DNA of 64,000 nt from Octopus vulgaris (taxonomy: Eukaryota). The stretch's first letter is position 1, and each line of letters opens with the position of its first letter. The position numbers were made by a program, and so were the translations under genes. The notes below the pieces were generated by a model. That model saw only the letters and a program-made list of their open reading frames with translations, was not told where the DNA came from and did not search any database. Of this stretch, positions 27,401-41,043 are shown in pieces. The stretch spans positions 186,001 through 250,000 of the forward strand of contig OX597824.1 of NCBI GenBank assembly GCA_951406725.2. Direction: 5' to 3'.

Positions 27401-30400
27401 CGCCCTCTCTACATATTTACTTACCTACCATTCTACTACCTAAAATACGTGTGACGAGGAAAGCAGAAGGCTAGAAATAGCAGCAAAATCTTTCATTCAA
27501 ACCTTGAAGAGCACATTTGATAAAGGAGGCGATCTTAACAGTAACGACTGGAAACTCCGTGATCTTAGATGTCTGGAAGCAGGGCTGAGCCAAGGCTAAA
27601 CAACCACATTTACGTGTGAAAGTAAATATACTAATTAAACTATGTGTGTAGAAGATGTAAATACGCTCATTTTCTTCACACACACACACACACACACACG
27701 TTAGCACATGTTCTGGCGTATGCCTACGTCGATATGCTTGTGCTTTTGAGAGACATACATAAGTTCAATATCGTAGACATACGGATACGCACATGCGAGC
27801 TCACAAGCACGCACACATATACACACACAGTCACGTACGCATACACTGTTATATACGTGTCAAAAAAGACCTGCACGTAGTCGCTCAATCAACTAGACAT
27901 AGCAGCCAAAATGCACTCAGTCCACGGCCTTGCCATCCTAAAAACTGAAAGGGGCATTGAATAATGTAGCCCTGTTTATACCGTCTGAAAAAAAGAGAAA
28001 AAGGACGAGGGTGATCAAGGTTGAATGGAGGCCATGATCCTAGATCTGCTCAACCAGAGCTGAATAATGATTACAAGTATATACGGAGGCACGTGTTCAC
28101 ACACACACACTATCAGCCAGGTGTGTGTGTGTGTGTGTGTATAATTGTTAAAGAGGACATCAAACATTAAGGCAAGGCAAACATCTCAAGTCGTATAAAT
28201 TATTATTATTATTAGAAAAAATATGTTGTTTTTTTTACGAAAAACAAAAACGGAGAAGTACACTTGATGAAGTAGACTCATATATGTGATTGTTTAATTT
28301 GCTGAATATAGCAGCTATACCTCCTTTAAACTACATTCTGCTTTACATTAAAGACGAGATGGTCACGACGGGAATGACTTAAAATTTGTCCCTGCTCGAG
28401 CAGAGTTTACCCTGGGCTAAGCAACAACAACAATTACACCAACATTTGCATTCGTTTATTTTTTTCTTTCATTCATAAACATTTATGCAACACACAGACA
28501 TAAGCATTAAGCTTTGTTTTTCACCTGCACATGTATGCAAATGCACACACATGTATGTATGCACGTGCATATGTAGACAAGTGCACGGTGAAACCTACGG
28601 ACACATGCACACCTACGTGTCTATCCCCATCTAGGGCTGTCTGAACAGTATTGTAACCCCTCCACCCCGTGGCCAGTTAGTGCACAAGACCCTATTGTAT
28701 TTACTTATTGACTGCAAGCTCCAGCATACACAGGTCAGGTCTGGGCTTCTAAACCTGTGAGGGTCCCCTAGGAAGTGCCCAGAGTGACCACGCCCTAAAG
28801 CGACATCCTCTCCCCCCCCATCCCGACACACGGATACACAACCTTGTTGTCCAGCTAAAAAATTATCGATTACTGTCTGTCTGTCAATACCTTGTTGCTG
28901 CATTAATCATAGATGACCACCCCACCCCACCCCCTGTTCCTCTTATATTTATCCAGAATTATTCAACTTCTAATCACTCAACTCCACTGACAGTTCTACA
29001 CAATTTACCCACTTCCCACAAACATTTAATCGATTCCCTTTTTCTGCCATCAGTCAATATCATCTTGTCAGTCATCTCACTCTTCATCAGTCAAGGTCAC
29101 TTAACTCACAGTCAATCAGGGTCACCACACTGTCTCTCATTGCTATCTCACTGCCAGTTTGTCATCTCACTCACCATCAGTCAATGTTACTTCATTTTTT
29201 TTGTCCATCAGTGTTGTCTTATTGACTGTCAGTCAATGCCAACTCACTGTCATTTCATTGTTGTCTCATTCATTACCAGTGAGTCACCTCTCTCATCATC
29301 AGTCAGTGTCATCTCATTCATTGTCAGTCAGTGTCCCCTCACTGTCACTCATTATCATCTTGCTCACTGCTAGTCAATGTTAATTCACTTGTCAGTAGTG
29401 TTTTCTCACTCACCATCAGTCATTATCATTTGATTCCATGTCAATCAACATCATCTTACTTGCTATCAGTCATATGTCTGCTCATTGGCTGTTGGTCAGT
29501 CAAGTTCACCTAACTCACTCATTAATCACCATCTCACTCAATCATTCAGTGCCCAATTTACCTCTGGTCAAGGCTACCTCTTTCACCATCCGTCATAATA
29601 CAGCATACTCTCACTCGCTGTCAATGTCACCTCATACTCTCGCTTGCCCATCGGTCAGTCTTACCTCATTCACTGCCCATCAATCAATTCAGACACCATC
29701 AATTAATGCCATAAGTCATTACTCAATGCTGGGCCAGTCATTGTAACACAATATCAGATCATTCAGTCAATCAACATCATCTTATATCTACATTCATCAT
29801 CACTCAACATCTCAGTACCCCCCCCACACACACACACTTGCTGCCCTTCCCTCATCACTTGCAAAACCCTTACTCTTCCTTCTCCCCACGTTTGGTATTA
29901 CCCTCTATTCTTCATCGTTAATGTTTCTGCAGCTTGTTTAATTAGATTAATATTAATTCATTCAGTTCAAAAGCTAATTACTCTCTGATGATAGAAATTT
30001 CGTGGAATCAACGAAGAACATAAATCTTTCTTCCGTCTTCCATCAATGGCATGTGAGTGCAAGTGCACTCTGCATCTGGTGTGAACATCCAGGATTTCAT
30101 AAGCTAATGGTTTTTGTTTAATAATATGGCTGAGTGAAAGTACCTCCGCAGAGTATTTGTCATCATCATCATCATCAGCATCATTGTCATCATTGTTGTT
30201 GCTATCATCATCATCGTTTTACTGCCACCTATCAATCTGCCATGGTTTGGATGGTTCGACAGGATCCAAGAGGTCACAGGACCACATCTCGTTTTAGTGT
30301 CTCAGTTTTTGACAAGGTTTCTATGGTTGGGTGCCCTTCCCTATGACAACTGCTTTACAGGGTGTGCTAGCAGCCTTTTTTTTTTTTTTTTTGGCACCAG

Positions 30401-30580
30401 TGCATGTGAGGTTGCCTTGTAATACACTTTCCCTACAAGAAAAGGTTGGGGATTTTGGTAAAGTATTTTTGAAATAATGTATGGTGAGAGGAACAAGTCT
30501 AGTGTTTATTGCTTTACATTTTCGCATGCACACACACACACACTTGCTCATTAAATCCTTGTAAAAGTTAATACATACAT

Positions 30581-30619
<39 letters not shown>

Positions 30620-31102
30620 ATTTCAAAACATGTGTAGAAGAGTCAACTTGTGTATTGAAAATGAAGGAAGACATTTTCAACAGCTCGCATAAATTTCTTT
30701 TTAAAAGTTAATGTATTCTTTCGTAGTTTTATACCATCTTATAAATATTTATTTTGCAATAAAATACTTACTGTGGAGAGACTTTCTGAACACCCTGTAT
30801 ATATATCGAATACATATACACATTGTATGTACATTGCTTGTTTGCTGCTCAGCTGTGATTTGATGCTGTGGAGATGACTCTCTCAGAGTGACAGGTGTTA
30901 ATACCCCTGAAAATCATAGTCATAGACAGGCAAGACAACTCACCCCAAATCTCATTCAGGAGGGATAGTCATTCATGTTTCACCATTTTTGTGACACACA
31001 CACACACCTATATATAATCATCATCACCATATTAATGTTGACTTTTCATTCACCCTATCCAAGCATAGAATTATGATGAGGATACACACACACACACACA
31101 TA

Positions 31103-31665
31103 TATGTATGGCAAATGGAAGATGGAATATCTGAGAATTTATTATTAATCACAACAATTGTTTCAACACATCTAGAATCGATTCCTCATGGGTGGGACAC
31201 TCCACAACTGGTTCAGGAGCTTCCGGCAGTGCAGATGTATCTCGTCGGGTGATAAATAAATAAATCCAGACAGAGGAACTATCTTCATTTATTTAGAAGA
31301 TCAAAAAATAAAATCACAGATAGCAAAAAGAGAAACGAACACGTAATCCAGTGAGAAAAGTATTTAAAAAAATTCTCTTTTTCTGCATCTGTGATTTTAT
31401 TTTTGATCTTCTAAATAAATGAAGATATTTCCTCTGTCTGGCTGCTTTTCTTTCTACAAAACAGGAAGTTACATTGCGGAACAGTTATTTTAACGAGTTG
31501 TATTTATTTATCACCCAACGAGATACATCTGCACTGCCGGAAGCTCCTGAACCAGTCGTTGAGTGTCCCGCTCGAGAGGAATCAATGCTAGATGTGTCGA
31601 AACAAGTGTCATGTTTATTAATAATAAATTCTCGTATATTTCATCTTTCATTTGCCATATACATA
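31103..31665. repeat. Long imperfect inverted repeat (foldback), arms ~230 bp
   Basis: 31103-31335 is the reverse complement of 31373-31665, with a ~60-bp insertion in the right arm. Confidence 0.85.
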
Positions 31666-31738
31666 ACAATCACTGTGAAAGTGACCAAGCTTTACCAGTA
31701 AGTTACCAGGTGTAAACCATTCGTTTTTATTATCCATT

Positions 31739-31808
<70 letters not shown>

Positions 31809-32429
31809 CAATAAGTACAGATGGTTAATGTGTCAATTCACTACAATTGTTTCCAACAAGTTTTTAATTGATTAATGGAGAAATAACATCATTAGGAAAA
31901 ACTGTTTTTTTCTCAGATGAATACATGAATCACAACATTCCAAAATATTCAAAAGCCAACGGCACGTTTCACAAAATGATTCTATGACTTGTGCCAGTCA
32001 TAAGAATGAATTTGTGAGTTCAGTTTGGGAGTATTACAGGAGAAAATACTGTGATGTCAGGTGTGGCTCGTGGGGTAACGAAGTTTTATTGCAGTGAAGG
32101 AGGTTTGAGGATGGGTTAGAGGAAAAATCAGATAGCGAAGCATCATGGGGGGGGGGGGGCTACAAGACAAAGTTGATTTCTTTTCTTTTTTATTTCTATT
32201 CAACGTGAGGTTTTGGGGCCAAGTTTAAAGAGTAAGGTCAACCAGTTATTTATTTAACAACCTTCTATATGTCTCCCCCCACCCCTTCAAGGCAGGAAAA
32301 ACCTATAAAAGAGAGAGACAGTAAGTCTAAGATGTGCTGATAAGGGCAGAGGGTATCAAATAAGAAGATTGGCCATCATATCAATAATTAGATAAAGAAG
32401 TATACAAATATAATGCATACAACATATAT

Positions 32430-32780
32430 AGGCATGGCTGTGTGGGTGGTAAGAAGTTTGCTTCCCAACCACATGGTTCCAGGTTCAGTCCCACTGTGTG
32501 GCACCTTGGTCAAGTGTCTTCTATAACCTTGGGCCACCCAAAGCCTTGCGAGTGGATTTGGTAGATGGAAACTAAGAGAAGCCTATCGTGTCTGTGATTG
32601 TCCCACATTACCATTTGACAACTGGTGTTGATGTGTTTAAGTTCCCATAACTTAGCGATTCAGCAAAAGATACCAACAGAATAAGTAATAAGTTTTGGGG
32701 GTTGAGTCATTCAACTAAAAATTATTCTAGGTGTTGCCCCAGCATGGTCACAGTCTAATGACTGAAACAAAAGATAAGAT
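32430..32780 (+). mobile_element. SINE family B copy
   Basis: Matches 37355-37755. Confidence 0.8.
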
Positions 32781-33320
32781 ATATAAAATGCATACATACA
32801 GAGAGAGAAAGAGAAGGCATCCACATACTTTCATATATGCATACATGTCACACACACACACACACACACACACTATTTACTGTGCAATTGTGATACTTTG
32901 CCTGACCACATTGGAATGCTTTCCATAATCTAATAACAGTCTGAAGATAATAAATCACCAGATTTCAGATAAGGGATTGGTAAAAACTACAAGGATTGAA
33001 AGATTTTTGAATACAAGACTGATAAAGAATTATTGTTTAGAACAACCTCATTGCTTTAACACTATTCCCAATAAACCAAGGATTGGCTCTACGTCAGCAA
33101 CACTGTGAATTATCATTGTACTACTACTACTATAACTATTTCCCAATTTAATCTTAATCTTCTTTAATCCATTTAAGTTAAGTCTCCTCCTCCATCTTTT
33201 TTCATTTGGAACCTAAGAGATTGATAATTCTGTTTGTCATCTTTTGAAATGAAAACTTTTTATAGAGTGTAGATAGATTTTATTCTATATACTGTACCTT
33301 TATGTATGTATATGTACATA

Positions 33321-33377
<57 letters not shown>

Positions 33378-35316
33378 TTGTGACCATGCCCGGCATTTTG
33401 CCACCATCTCCATCCAGTGGTCTCCCATTCTCTCTCTCTCCTTCTCCTGCACTTCACTCAGGTTGGGCAACCGTGTATTTTCTTTATGGTAGCACACCTG
33501 TTTCTGTCTTCATACCTGATATTTCTCTCTGGCCGGGTAACCTTAGACATCTATATCTGTCTCACTATAACCTTTTCATCATCACCTCCTCCAATGCCTC
33601 ATCCCCTCTTAAAAGTTTTTTTCTTGCAAGTACTTGGTGACCCTGTCAGTGCAGGTGCCACTTAAAAGCACCCAGTCCACACTGCAATAAAGTGGTTGGT
33701 GTCCAAAAGGGCATCCAGCTGTAAAAACCTTGTCAAAACTGACCTCGTCTGTGCTTGTGTCACATAGAAAGCACTAAGTCCACTCTGCTGAGTGATTGGT
33801 GTTAGGAAGGGCATCCAGCTGTAAAAACCCTGTCATAAAAGTCACAGAAATCTGGTGCAGGATCCAGCCTGGCCAGCTCTTGTGGTACCATCCCACCCAT
33901 GCTAGCATGGAACACAGATGTTAAATGATGATGATGATGATACAATGAATTCTCTTGTCGTAAATGGCAAATGAGTAAAATAAAGTAGTAATCGTGTTCT
34001 ATGGACATGAATGTGTTTCTTGGGGCCTGCTGGTGGCTTGCAGACCATTTTGCAAATGCACATATTTATATATATTCTCGAATAACTAAGCCATCGATAA
34101 CGATGGCAGGTGTTTTACTAAACTTTGTGATAATTACTAAAGTTTGGTTTGTATGTATGAATATTTGATTTTTTTAATTTGCGGGTATTGTTGAAAAATG
34201 TACATGATGGAAGTTGGTGTGTGTGTGTATGTATGTATACATACACACATGCATTCAGTGTGCCTGCAAGGTCATGGTAGGATTTCAGGACTATTCATTG
34301 ATGTAACACTACACATTTCCTATCCATGTTGAATAAGGGAACAACTGATGAAGTTTACTTACAGTTTAGCACAGTTCAATGTGGCTTCCATTTGTTGCCC
34401 AGCACACATCCAATTGATACTCCAGTCGGATGAAGGAGGAAAACTTTGCTGACACACTCTCTATATACATGTATCTACTAGATACACACACACACAGAAT
34501 TCCTTTTTTAGCAGTGTTAAATTTAAAGTGGGTAAAGCTGCTATAAATAATGGCATGCAGATATTAGGTTGGAATCCTGTTGGATTGAAAGAGTCAAAGA
34601 CTGCCTTCACCGTTTCCTATCCAAAGGTTCTTTAACCCAATTCTATCTATAGTTTTATTTGCTTCAAGATTCACCCTGCTTAGAATGTATTGTTTCACAC
34701 TCTTAAAATTTCTAATTTATGATATCAATAGTATATTTGTGTGTGTGTGTGTGTGTGTGTGGGCATCCAGCCATAGAAACCATGTCAAAGCAGATATTTG
34801 AGCACAACTCAATCCCTGACTCGTTAGGTTCCTTCGAAATATCTATCCTATACCAAGATGGGAGTTGGTTGGTCATTGCTTGTTCTTCTTTTCTCATCTG
34901 ATCTTTCTTGGGATTCTTACATGCAATCAATTGGTAGCTCTGCTTTCTGTAAGGTTATGCCATTTTTTTAAGTTAAATGACTACCTCTCATCTGAGGCCA
35001 TTTTGCATCTTTGTATGTCTGCAATTTGTCCTTGACTGGAATTTTGTTGTCATATTCACTCATGTGCATCATCTTGTCATGTGGATCTCCTCAACCAACG
35101 TTTTAAATAAGTTTCTAATTTGAGGCAATATTTCTGTGGTTAGATGCTTTTACTGTCACCAACACTCACTTGTTACTAAGCAAGATAATATTATACAGCT
35201 TAATAGCTGGACATGTTTCCACAGACGATTAGCAAATGAATAACATCATAGTCTTTCTATGAATGGTGGACTGGTTTACAATTATTGTGAAAATGTCAAG
35301 ACTAGGAGGCACACAC

Positions 35317-35353
<37 letters not shown>

Positions 35354-35442
35354 CACACACATTTACATACATACACATATTTGTGTGTACATATATATGT
35401 ATGTGTTAATGCATATGCATGTATGTGTATATATATCATTAT

Positions 35443-35810
35443 GGCACTCCATTGGCTATGACAACGAGGGTTCCAATCAACGGAACAGCCTGCTTGTGAA
35501 ATTAACATAGAAGTGGCTGAGTACTCCAGACACATGTACCTGTAACGTAGTTTTCAGGGAGATTCAGTGTGATACAGTGTGCGACAAGGCTGGCCCTTTG
35601 AAATACAGGTACAACAGAAATAGAAAGAAAGGGTGAGAGAAAGTTGTGGTGAAAGAGTACAGCAGGGTTTACCAGTAGCCCCTGCTGGAGCCTCGTGGCG
35701 CTTTAGGTATTTTTGCTCAATAAACACTCACAATGCCCTGTCTTGGAATTGAAACCACGATCCTATGACTGCAAGTCGACTGCCCCAAGCAGTGGGCCAT
35801 TGCACCTCCA
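35443..35810 (-). mobile_element. Older copy of SINE family C
   Basis: Colinear with 50711-51096, with many CG to TG/CA changes. Confidence 0.8.
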
Positions 35811-36001
35811 CACATACATACATTATTTATTTATGTGGCAGCTTTTTTACCGGTGGTTAGGTTGCTGTGATATCTCTAAGCCTCGTGATTTAGAGGAAGT
35901 AATATTGTTACTTTATTCAATAAAAATAACAAAAATATTTTAAGATCTGATAATTTGAATATTTTCCATCTCTCCCTTTCCATGTTTTCCTCCTTCCTCA
36001 T

Positions 36002-36040
<39 letters not shown>

Positions 36041-36778
36041 ATTTAATGTTGTTCCCTGCTCAGAGTTGGAATATTCCAGATTCCTGATCGATTCTTTATG
36101 ACAGCCAGTCATTATCTATTTATCTATCTACCTATTTATCCAGTCTTTGTAAATAAAATATTTCATTTTTATAATTATCATTTCACAATCTCCAACCTGC
36201 AACCAATCTTTTTTGCCTTCCAAAAAAGCTATATTTGCAATGGCAGGACGTAAATTGGCTGGAAAGATGTCGATTAGGTGGAAAATATCTTTTTCTCTAT
36301 CCATGTCATTTCCAATCAAACTGACATACGATCAATCATACATTCTCGAACCTTAGTTTTCTTGCTTTCTTGTATTGTTTGTAGCATGAACTGAGAGCAG
36401 ATGGACTGGTATTTCTAGCAGATCAAGCTACCATGTAGGGAGCATCTCCTATTGGTCCATGTTGCCATGTCTTGATTGAAATAATGTGTTTCCAGTCAAA
36501 AGTACTCAATACATCCCACAGTTTTCTGATCAAATAAATTATATTCACAGATTTGCTGCTTTGAAATTTGTCTTTGGATATTTAGAGCTAAAACATTGGA
36601 ACAAGGCTCTTCTGTTAGTTAGTTAGTTGTGCTATTTGGTCACATTTCTTTGTTCTGAGCTCAAAACTCATTGGAGTTCAAGTAATGCTTCATTCTTTTA
36701 TGGTTAATGAAATAAAGCACCAGAAGTACAATCATAGATTATTATTATAAAAGAATTAATTATTATTATTATTATTGA

Positions 36779-37098
36779 GGCAGCGAGCTGGCAGAACCGT
36801 TAGCACATCGGGCAAAATGCTTAGCAGCACTTTGTCCATTTTGTGTTCAAATTCTGTTGAGGTTGACATTGCCTTTCATTTTCAGGGTTGATAAAATATC
36901 GGTTGAGTACTGGAGTTGATGTAATTGACAAGACCCCCTCCCTCAAACATGCTGGCTTTGTGCCAAAATTTGAAATCATTATTATCATTATCAAGGTGGT
37001 GAGCTGGCAGAATTGTTAACACACTGGGCAAAATGCTTAGCGATATTTCCTGTGTTTGTTCTGAGTTCAATACTTTGTCTTTCATCTTTGCCAGGTTG
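36779..37098 (+). mobile_element. Two tandem family-A SINE copies (second one truncated)
   Basis: ggcagcgagctggcagaaccgttagc.. and ggtggtgagctggcagaattgttaac.. Confidence 0.75.
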
Positions 37099-37311
37099 AG
37101 AATAACTAAACCATCGATAATGATGGCAAGTGTTTTACTAAACTTTGTGATAATTACAACAGTTTGATTTGTATGTATGAATATTTGATTTTTTTTGTTT
37201 TGCGGGTATTGTTGAAAAATGTACATGATGGAAGTTGCTGTGTGTGTATGTATACATACACACATGCATTCAGTGTGTCTGCAAAGTAACCAATGGGGTG
37301 CCATAATGACA

Positions 37312-37354
<43 letters not shown>

Positions 37355-37357
<3 letters not shown>

Positions 37358-37755
37358 TGTAGGAGTGGTTGTGAGGTAAGTAGCTTGCTTACAAACTACA
37401 TGGTTGCAGGTTCAGTCTCACTGCATGGCACCTTGGGCAAGTATCTTCTACTATAGCCTCGGGCCAACCAAAGCCTTGTGAGTGGATTTGGTAGACAGAA
37501 ACTGGAAAAAGCCCTTCGTATATATATATATATATATATATGTTTGTGTGTCTGTGTTTGTCCCCCCAACATCGCTTGACAACGGATGCTGGTGTGTTTA
37601 CGTCCCTGTAACTTAGCGGTTCGGCAAAAGAGACTGATAAAATAAGTACTAGGCTTACAAAGAATAAGTCGATTTGCTCGACTAAAGGCGGTGCTCCAGC
37701 ATGGCCACAGTCGACTGAAACAAGGAAAACAAGTCGACTGATACAAGTAAAAGAT
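37355..37755 (+). mobile_element. tRNA-derived SINE family B (internal TA/TG microsatellite)
   Basis: ggagtggttgtgaggtaagtagcttgc..ggttcagtctcactgc..ccttgggcaagt..gatttggtagacagaaactg..gctccagcatggccacagtc. Confidence 0.85.
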
Positions 37756-39537
37756 ATATATATATACATACATATATATGTACACACAAATATGTGTGTG
37801 TATGTATGTAAATGTGTATATGTGTGTGTGTGTGAGAGAGAGAGAGCCTTATAGTAATAATATAATTATAGTAATAAATTGTGAAACTACAGTAGTGACC
37901 GAGTAAATAATAAGAGAGGGATTATAGTAATTATTATTATTAAGGCAGCAAGCCAGCAGGATCGTTAGCAGATCAAGCGAAATGCTTTACAGTATTTTGT
38001 CTACTGCTGCATTCTGAGTTCAAATTCCACCGATGACAACTTTGCCCTTCAGCCTTTCGGGTCATTGAAATAAATGCCAGTTAGACACTGGAGTTGATAT
38101 AATCGACTTACTCCCTTTACACCTCAAAATTTTCAAGGCCTTGTGCCTGTAGTCAAATAGGATTATTTCTATTATTAAGACACTGAGCTGGAAGCACCGT
38201 TAATATTTTAGACAAGATAGTTTGTGGCATTTCTTCTGGCTCTTCACATTCTTTGTTCAAAATACTGCCAGGATCAGCTTTTCATCTTTTCAGAGTTGAT
38301 AAAATTAAAGTGCTGGGGTTGATGAGATCAATTAACCCACTTCTCTCAAAATTCCTAACCTTTTACCAAAATTTGAGGCAATTATTATTCTAACTCTTTA
38401 TACACTAAGTTCAAATCCTGCAGAGATCAGTGTTGTCTTTTCCACAAGTTGATAAAATAAAGTACCAGTCAAAACCTGGGTTCATGAAATTGATCAACTC
38501 CTGCTAAAAATTGCCGGCTTTGTGCCTAAATCAGAAACCATCATCATTGTCATCATCGTTATTCCTCTCATCCACTCAGCATTTCATTGTTGGTCTGCCA
38601 GTATCAGATGGCTAGATATATCTAACACTTCTCTTATAATCCTTGCTGAGCCAAGCTAAAACAAGGCTTTCTATAGAATCGCATTGTTCTTCTTCATATC
38701 CAGCATCTTCAAACAACCATTTCAACTTCTTGCAACTGTTCTTAAGGCTCTTATTACAGTTGCGGTAATGACAACTTTTGGCAATTCCAAATTCTCTGAA
38801 TTTCATATATTACGTCCTGATAGTTTTCTATTATTATTATTATTGTTATCATCATCCCCATCACTCCATTAACGTACTTTCACCTTGGTTATTCAAGGAG
38901 AAATATGCCTAATTAGGGCCTATTTATTAAGTTAGTTATTGATTGGATCTGGTGGCATATCTTAACATTTGGCTAATATTTTTTTATTCTTTATTTTTTT
39001 GATATTAAAATTTTTTTAAAAATTATTTTATGAAATTTGTTTTTTCAATCTTATAAAATTGCTTCACAACAGCAACAACAATAGCAACAACAAATATGCT
39101 CATGTGAATTGTTGTTTTTGTTGTTTTAATTCTAGTTTTTACTTTTGATTTTGCTATTCCTGTTGTTGTTGTTGTTTGTTGTTTTTGTTCATACTTTTGG
39201 TGTATATTTAAATGTTATTGTTGGTTTTCTTGTTTTGCTTGTTTATTGCAAGGTTGAATGGTTAAGTAGTTGGCTTTGTGACCATCAGGTCTTGGGTTCA
39301 ATCCAACAGCACGCAGCATCTTGGGAAAACATTTTTTACCATAGCTTCAGGTCACCCACAAGCTTTGTGAGTGAAATCAGGTTGACAGAAATTCTGTGTG
39401 TGTGTGTGTGTGTGTGTGTGCATCAGTCTAATTGGCCCATTTCATAGCAATCTGCTGAAGATTGTCCATGGTCCTTTAATACGAATTCACTGTTTTAAAT
39501 GTTCAAAGAATATAAACCTGTACATAGACATGCATGT

Positions 39538-39538
<1 letters not shown>

Positions 39539-39613
<75 letters not shown>

Positions 39614-39671
39614 TCTCTCTCTCACTCTCTCTCTCACTCACTCACTCACTCACTCACTCACTCACACACAC
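39539..39671. repeat. (CT)n-(CACT)n microsatellite; one of dozens of (TA)n, (CA)n, (CT)n, (CATA)n, (CAT)n tracts
   Basis: Seen directly. Confidence 0.95.
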
Positions 39672-41043
39672 ATACCAAAACCACCATTCTACTGTCCACT
39701 TTTTCGTACTTTCATGGATTCGACCAAATTCATTGAGATAGATTTTCTACAGCATGATGATGTTCCTGTTTTCATACAAAGTAATATTTCTCCATGGCCA
39801 GACATGTTTTTGTAGAATATTGGAAATTGATGACTTGGCTAGCATGACAGACACAAAATGTCAAGACCCAAACTCATCGCACACGTCTGTCTGTCCATCC
39901 ATCTATCTATCCATCTGTCTATCTATCTAATCTGTTTTTCTATGTCTCCTGCCCCTTAAATCTAGTCACACTGGGACTGTAGTAGAAGACATCTGCCCAA
40001 CGTGTCTTACAGTGGGACTGAACCTGAAACCACCTGGCAGAAGATAACTTCTGAACCACACAGCAATATGTGTGTGTACATGTATCCTTCTCTGGCTATT
40101 CTGTGGAATTGTAAACCAGCTTCAGCACACTTCAGGTGATGCTGGTCATTTGCCATCTTCCACGGAAAACCTGTCCCCTGCCATTTTGCCAGTTTAATGC
40201 TGAAGGGCCGCCTCAGGGGTAATATTAGGTTGTTTGGAAACAAGTTTGGGCTGGCAATGGTGACCACTGGGCTATGCTAAATCTACCTCAATGTATTCTG
40301 TTTGACCCATGGAAAAATGGATTTTAAAATGATTATGATATGTACAGCAAGCTTCTTTCAGTTTCCATCTACCAAATCCACTCTTACGAATTTGGTTGGC
40401 CCTGACTACAGTAGAAGTACTATCACAAGATGCTGTGTGGTTGGACTGAACCCGAAACCATAAAATTGAGCAGCATTTGGGGAAATACCTCTGGATTCGT
40501 TCTGGTTCTTTATATTTTGGGTTCAAATCCCACCAAAGCCAACTTTACCGTTTAATCCTCCAAAGTTGATAAAATAAAGCACCAGTCAGTGCTGTCTTAA
40601 GACATGAGCTCATTGGGAAGTTGCTCCGGGAGGTGGGGTGCCTCACATGTCTAGGGGCCCAGTTCTAATCTATGTGTGCCATAATCTTGCTGTCAATGAA
40701 TAGATACTATAGTGCCCAATGCCCTGATTTTCCTTGGGGGTCCATAATGCTACTAAGATGACCCTGGTACCAGTCATGTCCTGGGGTTGACATTAACACT
40801 CTCTTCTCAAAATTGCTGACTTTGCACTTAAATCAGAAACAACCGTTGTTGTTGTTGTTGTTGTTCTTGTTGGTCAACTTCATTTTTTCATCTTTCTATG
40901 GGGATGGTCACTAAAAGGATGCATTAGCTAAATATAGTTGAACCAGATCAACTATATCTCGATCTCCCTTCTCCTCCCACCCTTTTTGCTTGTTTGAAAT
41001 ATTATGTTTTGTATTAATTTTTTTTCTTTTTCTTTTTTTTTAG

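Larger units (their letters stand above)
19700..28700. promoter_or_regulatory. CpG-retaining domain, candidate promoter/5' region
   Basis: CG dinucleotides are visibly far more frequent than in the flanks, even within old repeats. ETS-like GCGGAAGTG at ~20494 and CRE-like TGACGT at ~20889. Not quantified. Confidence 0.45.

Noticed and set aside
29981-30020. CTGATGA..GAAA as a hammerhead
   Set aside because: No stem II between the motifs and no stem I pairing.
37389-37787. Recurrent peptides such as SVYQIHSQGFGWPEAIVEDTCPRCHAV appearing in many ORFs, as a gene family
   Set aside because: Translations of SINE family B copies.
41004-41043. ATG at 41004 as the start of the 333-aa ORF
   Set aside because: MFCINFFSFSFFL is the intronic polypyrimidine tract upstream of the acceptor; the stop at 42005 is also intronic.
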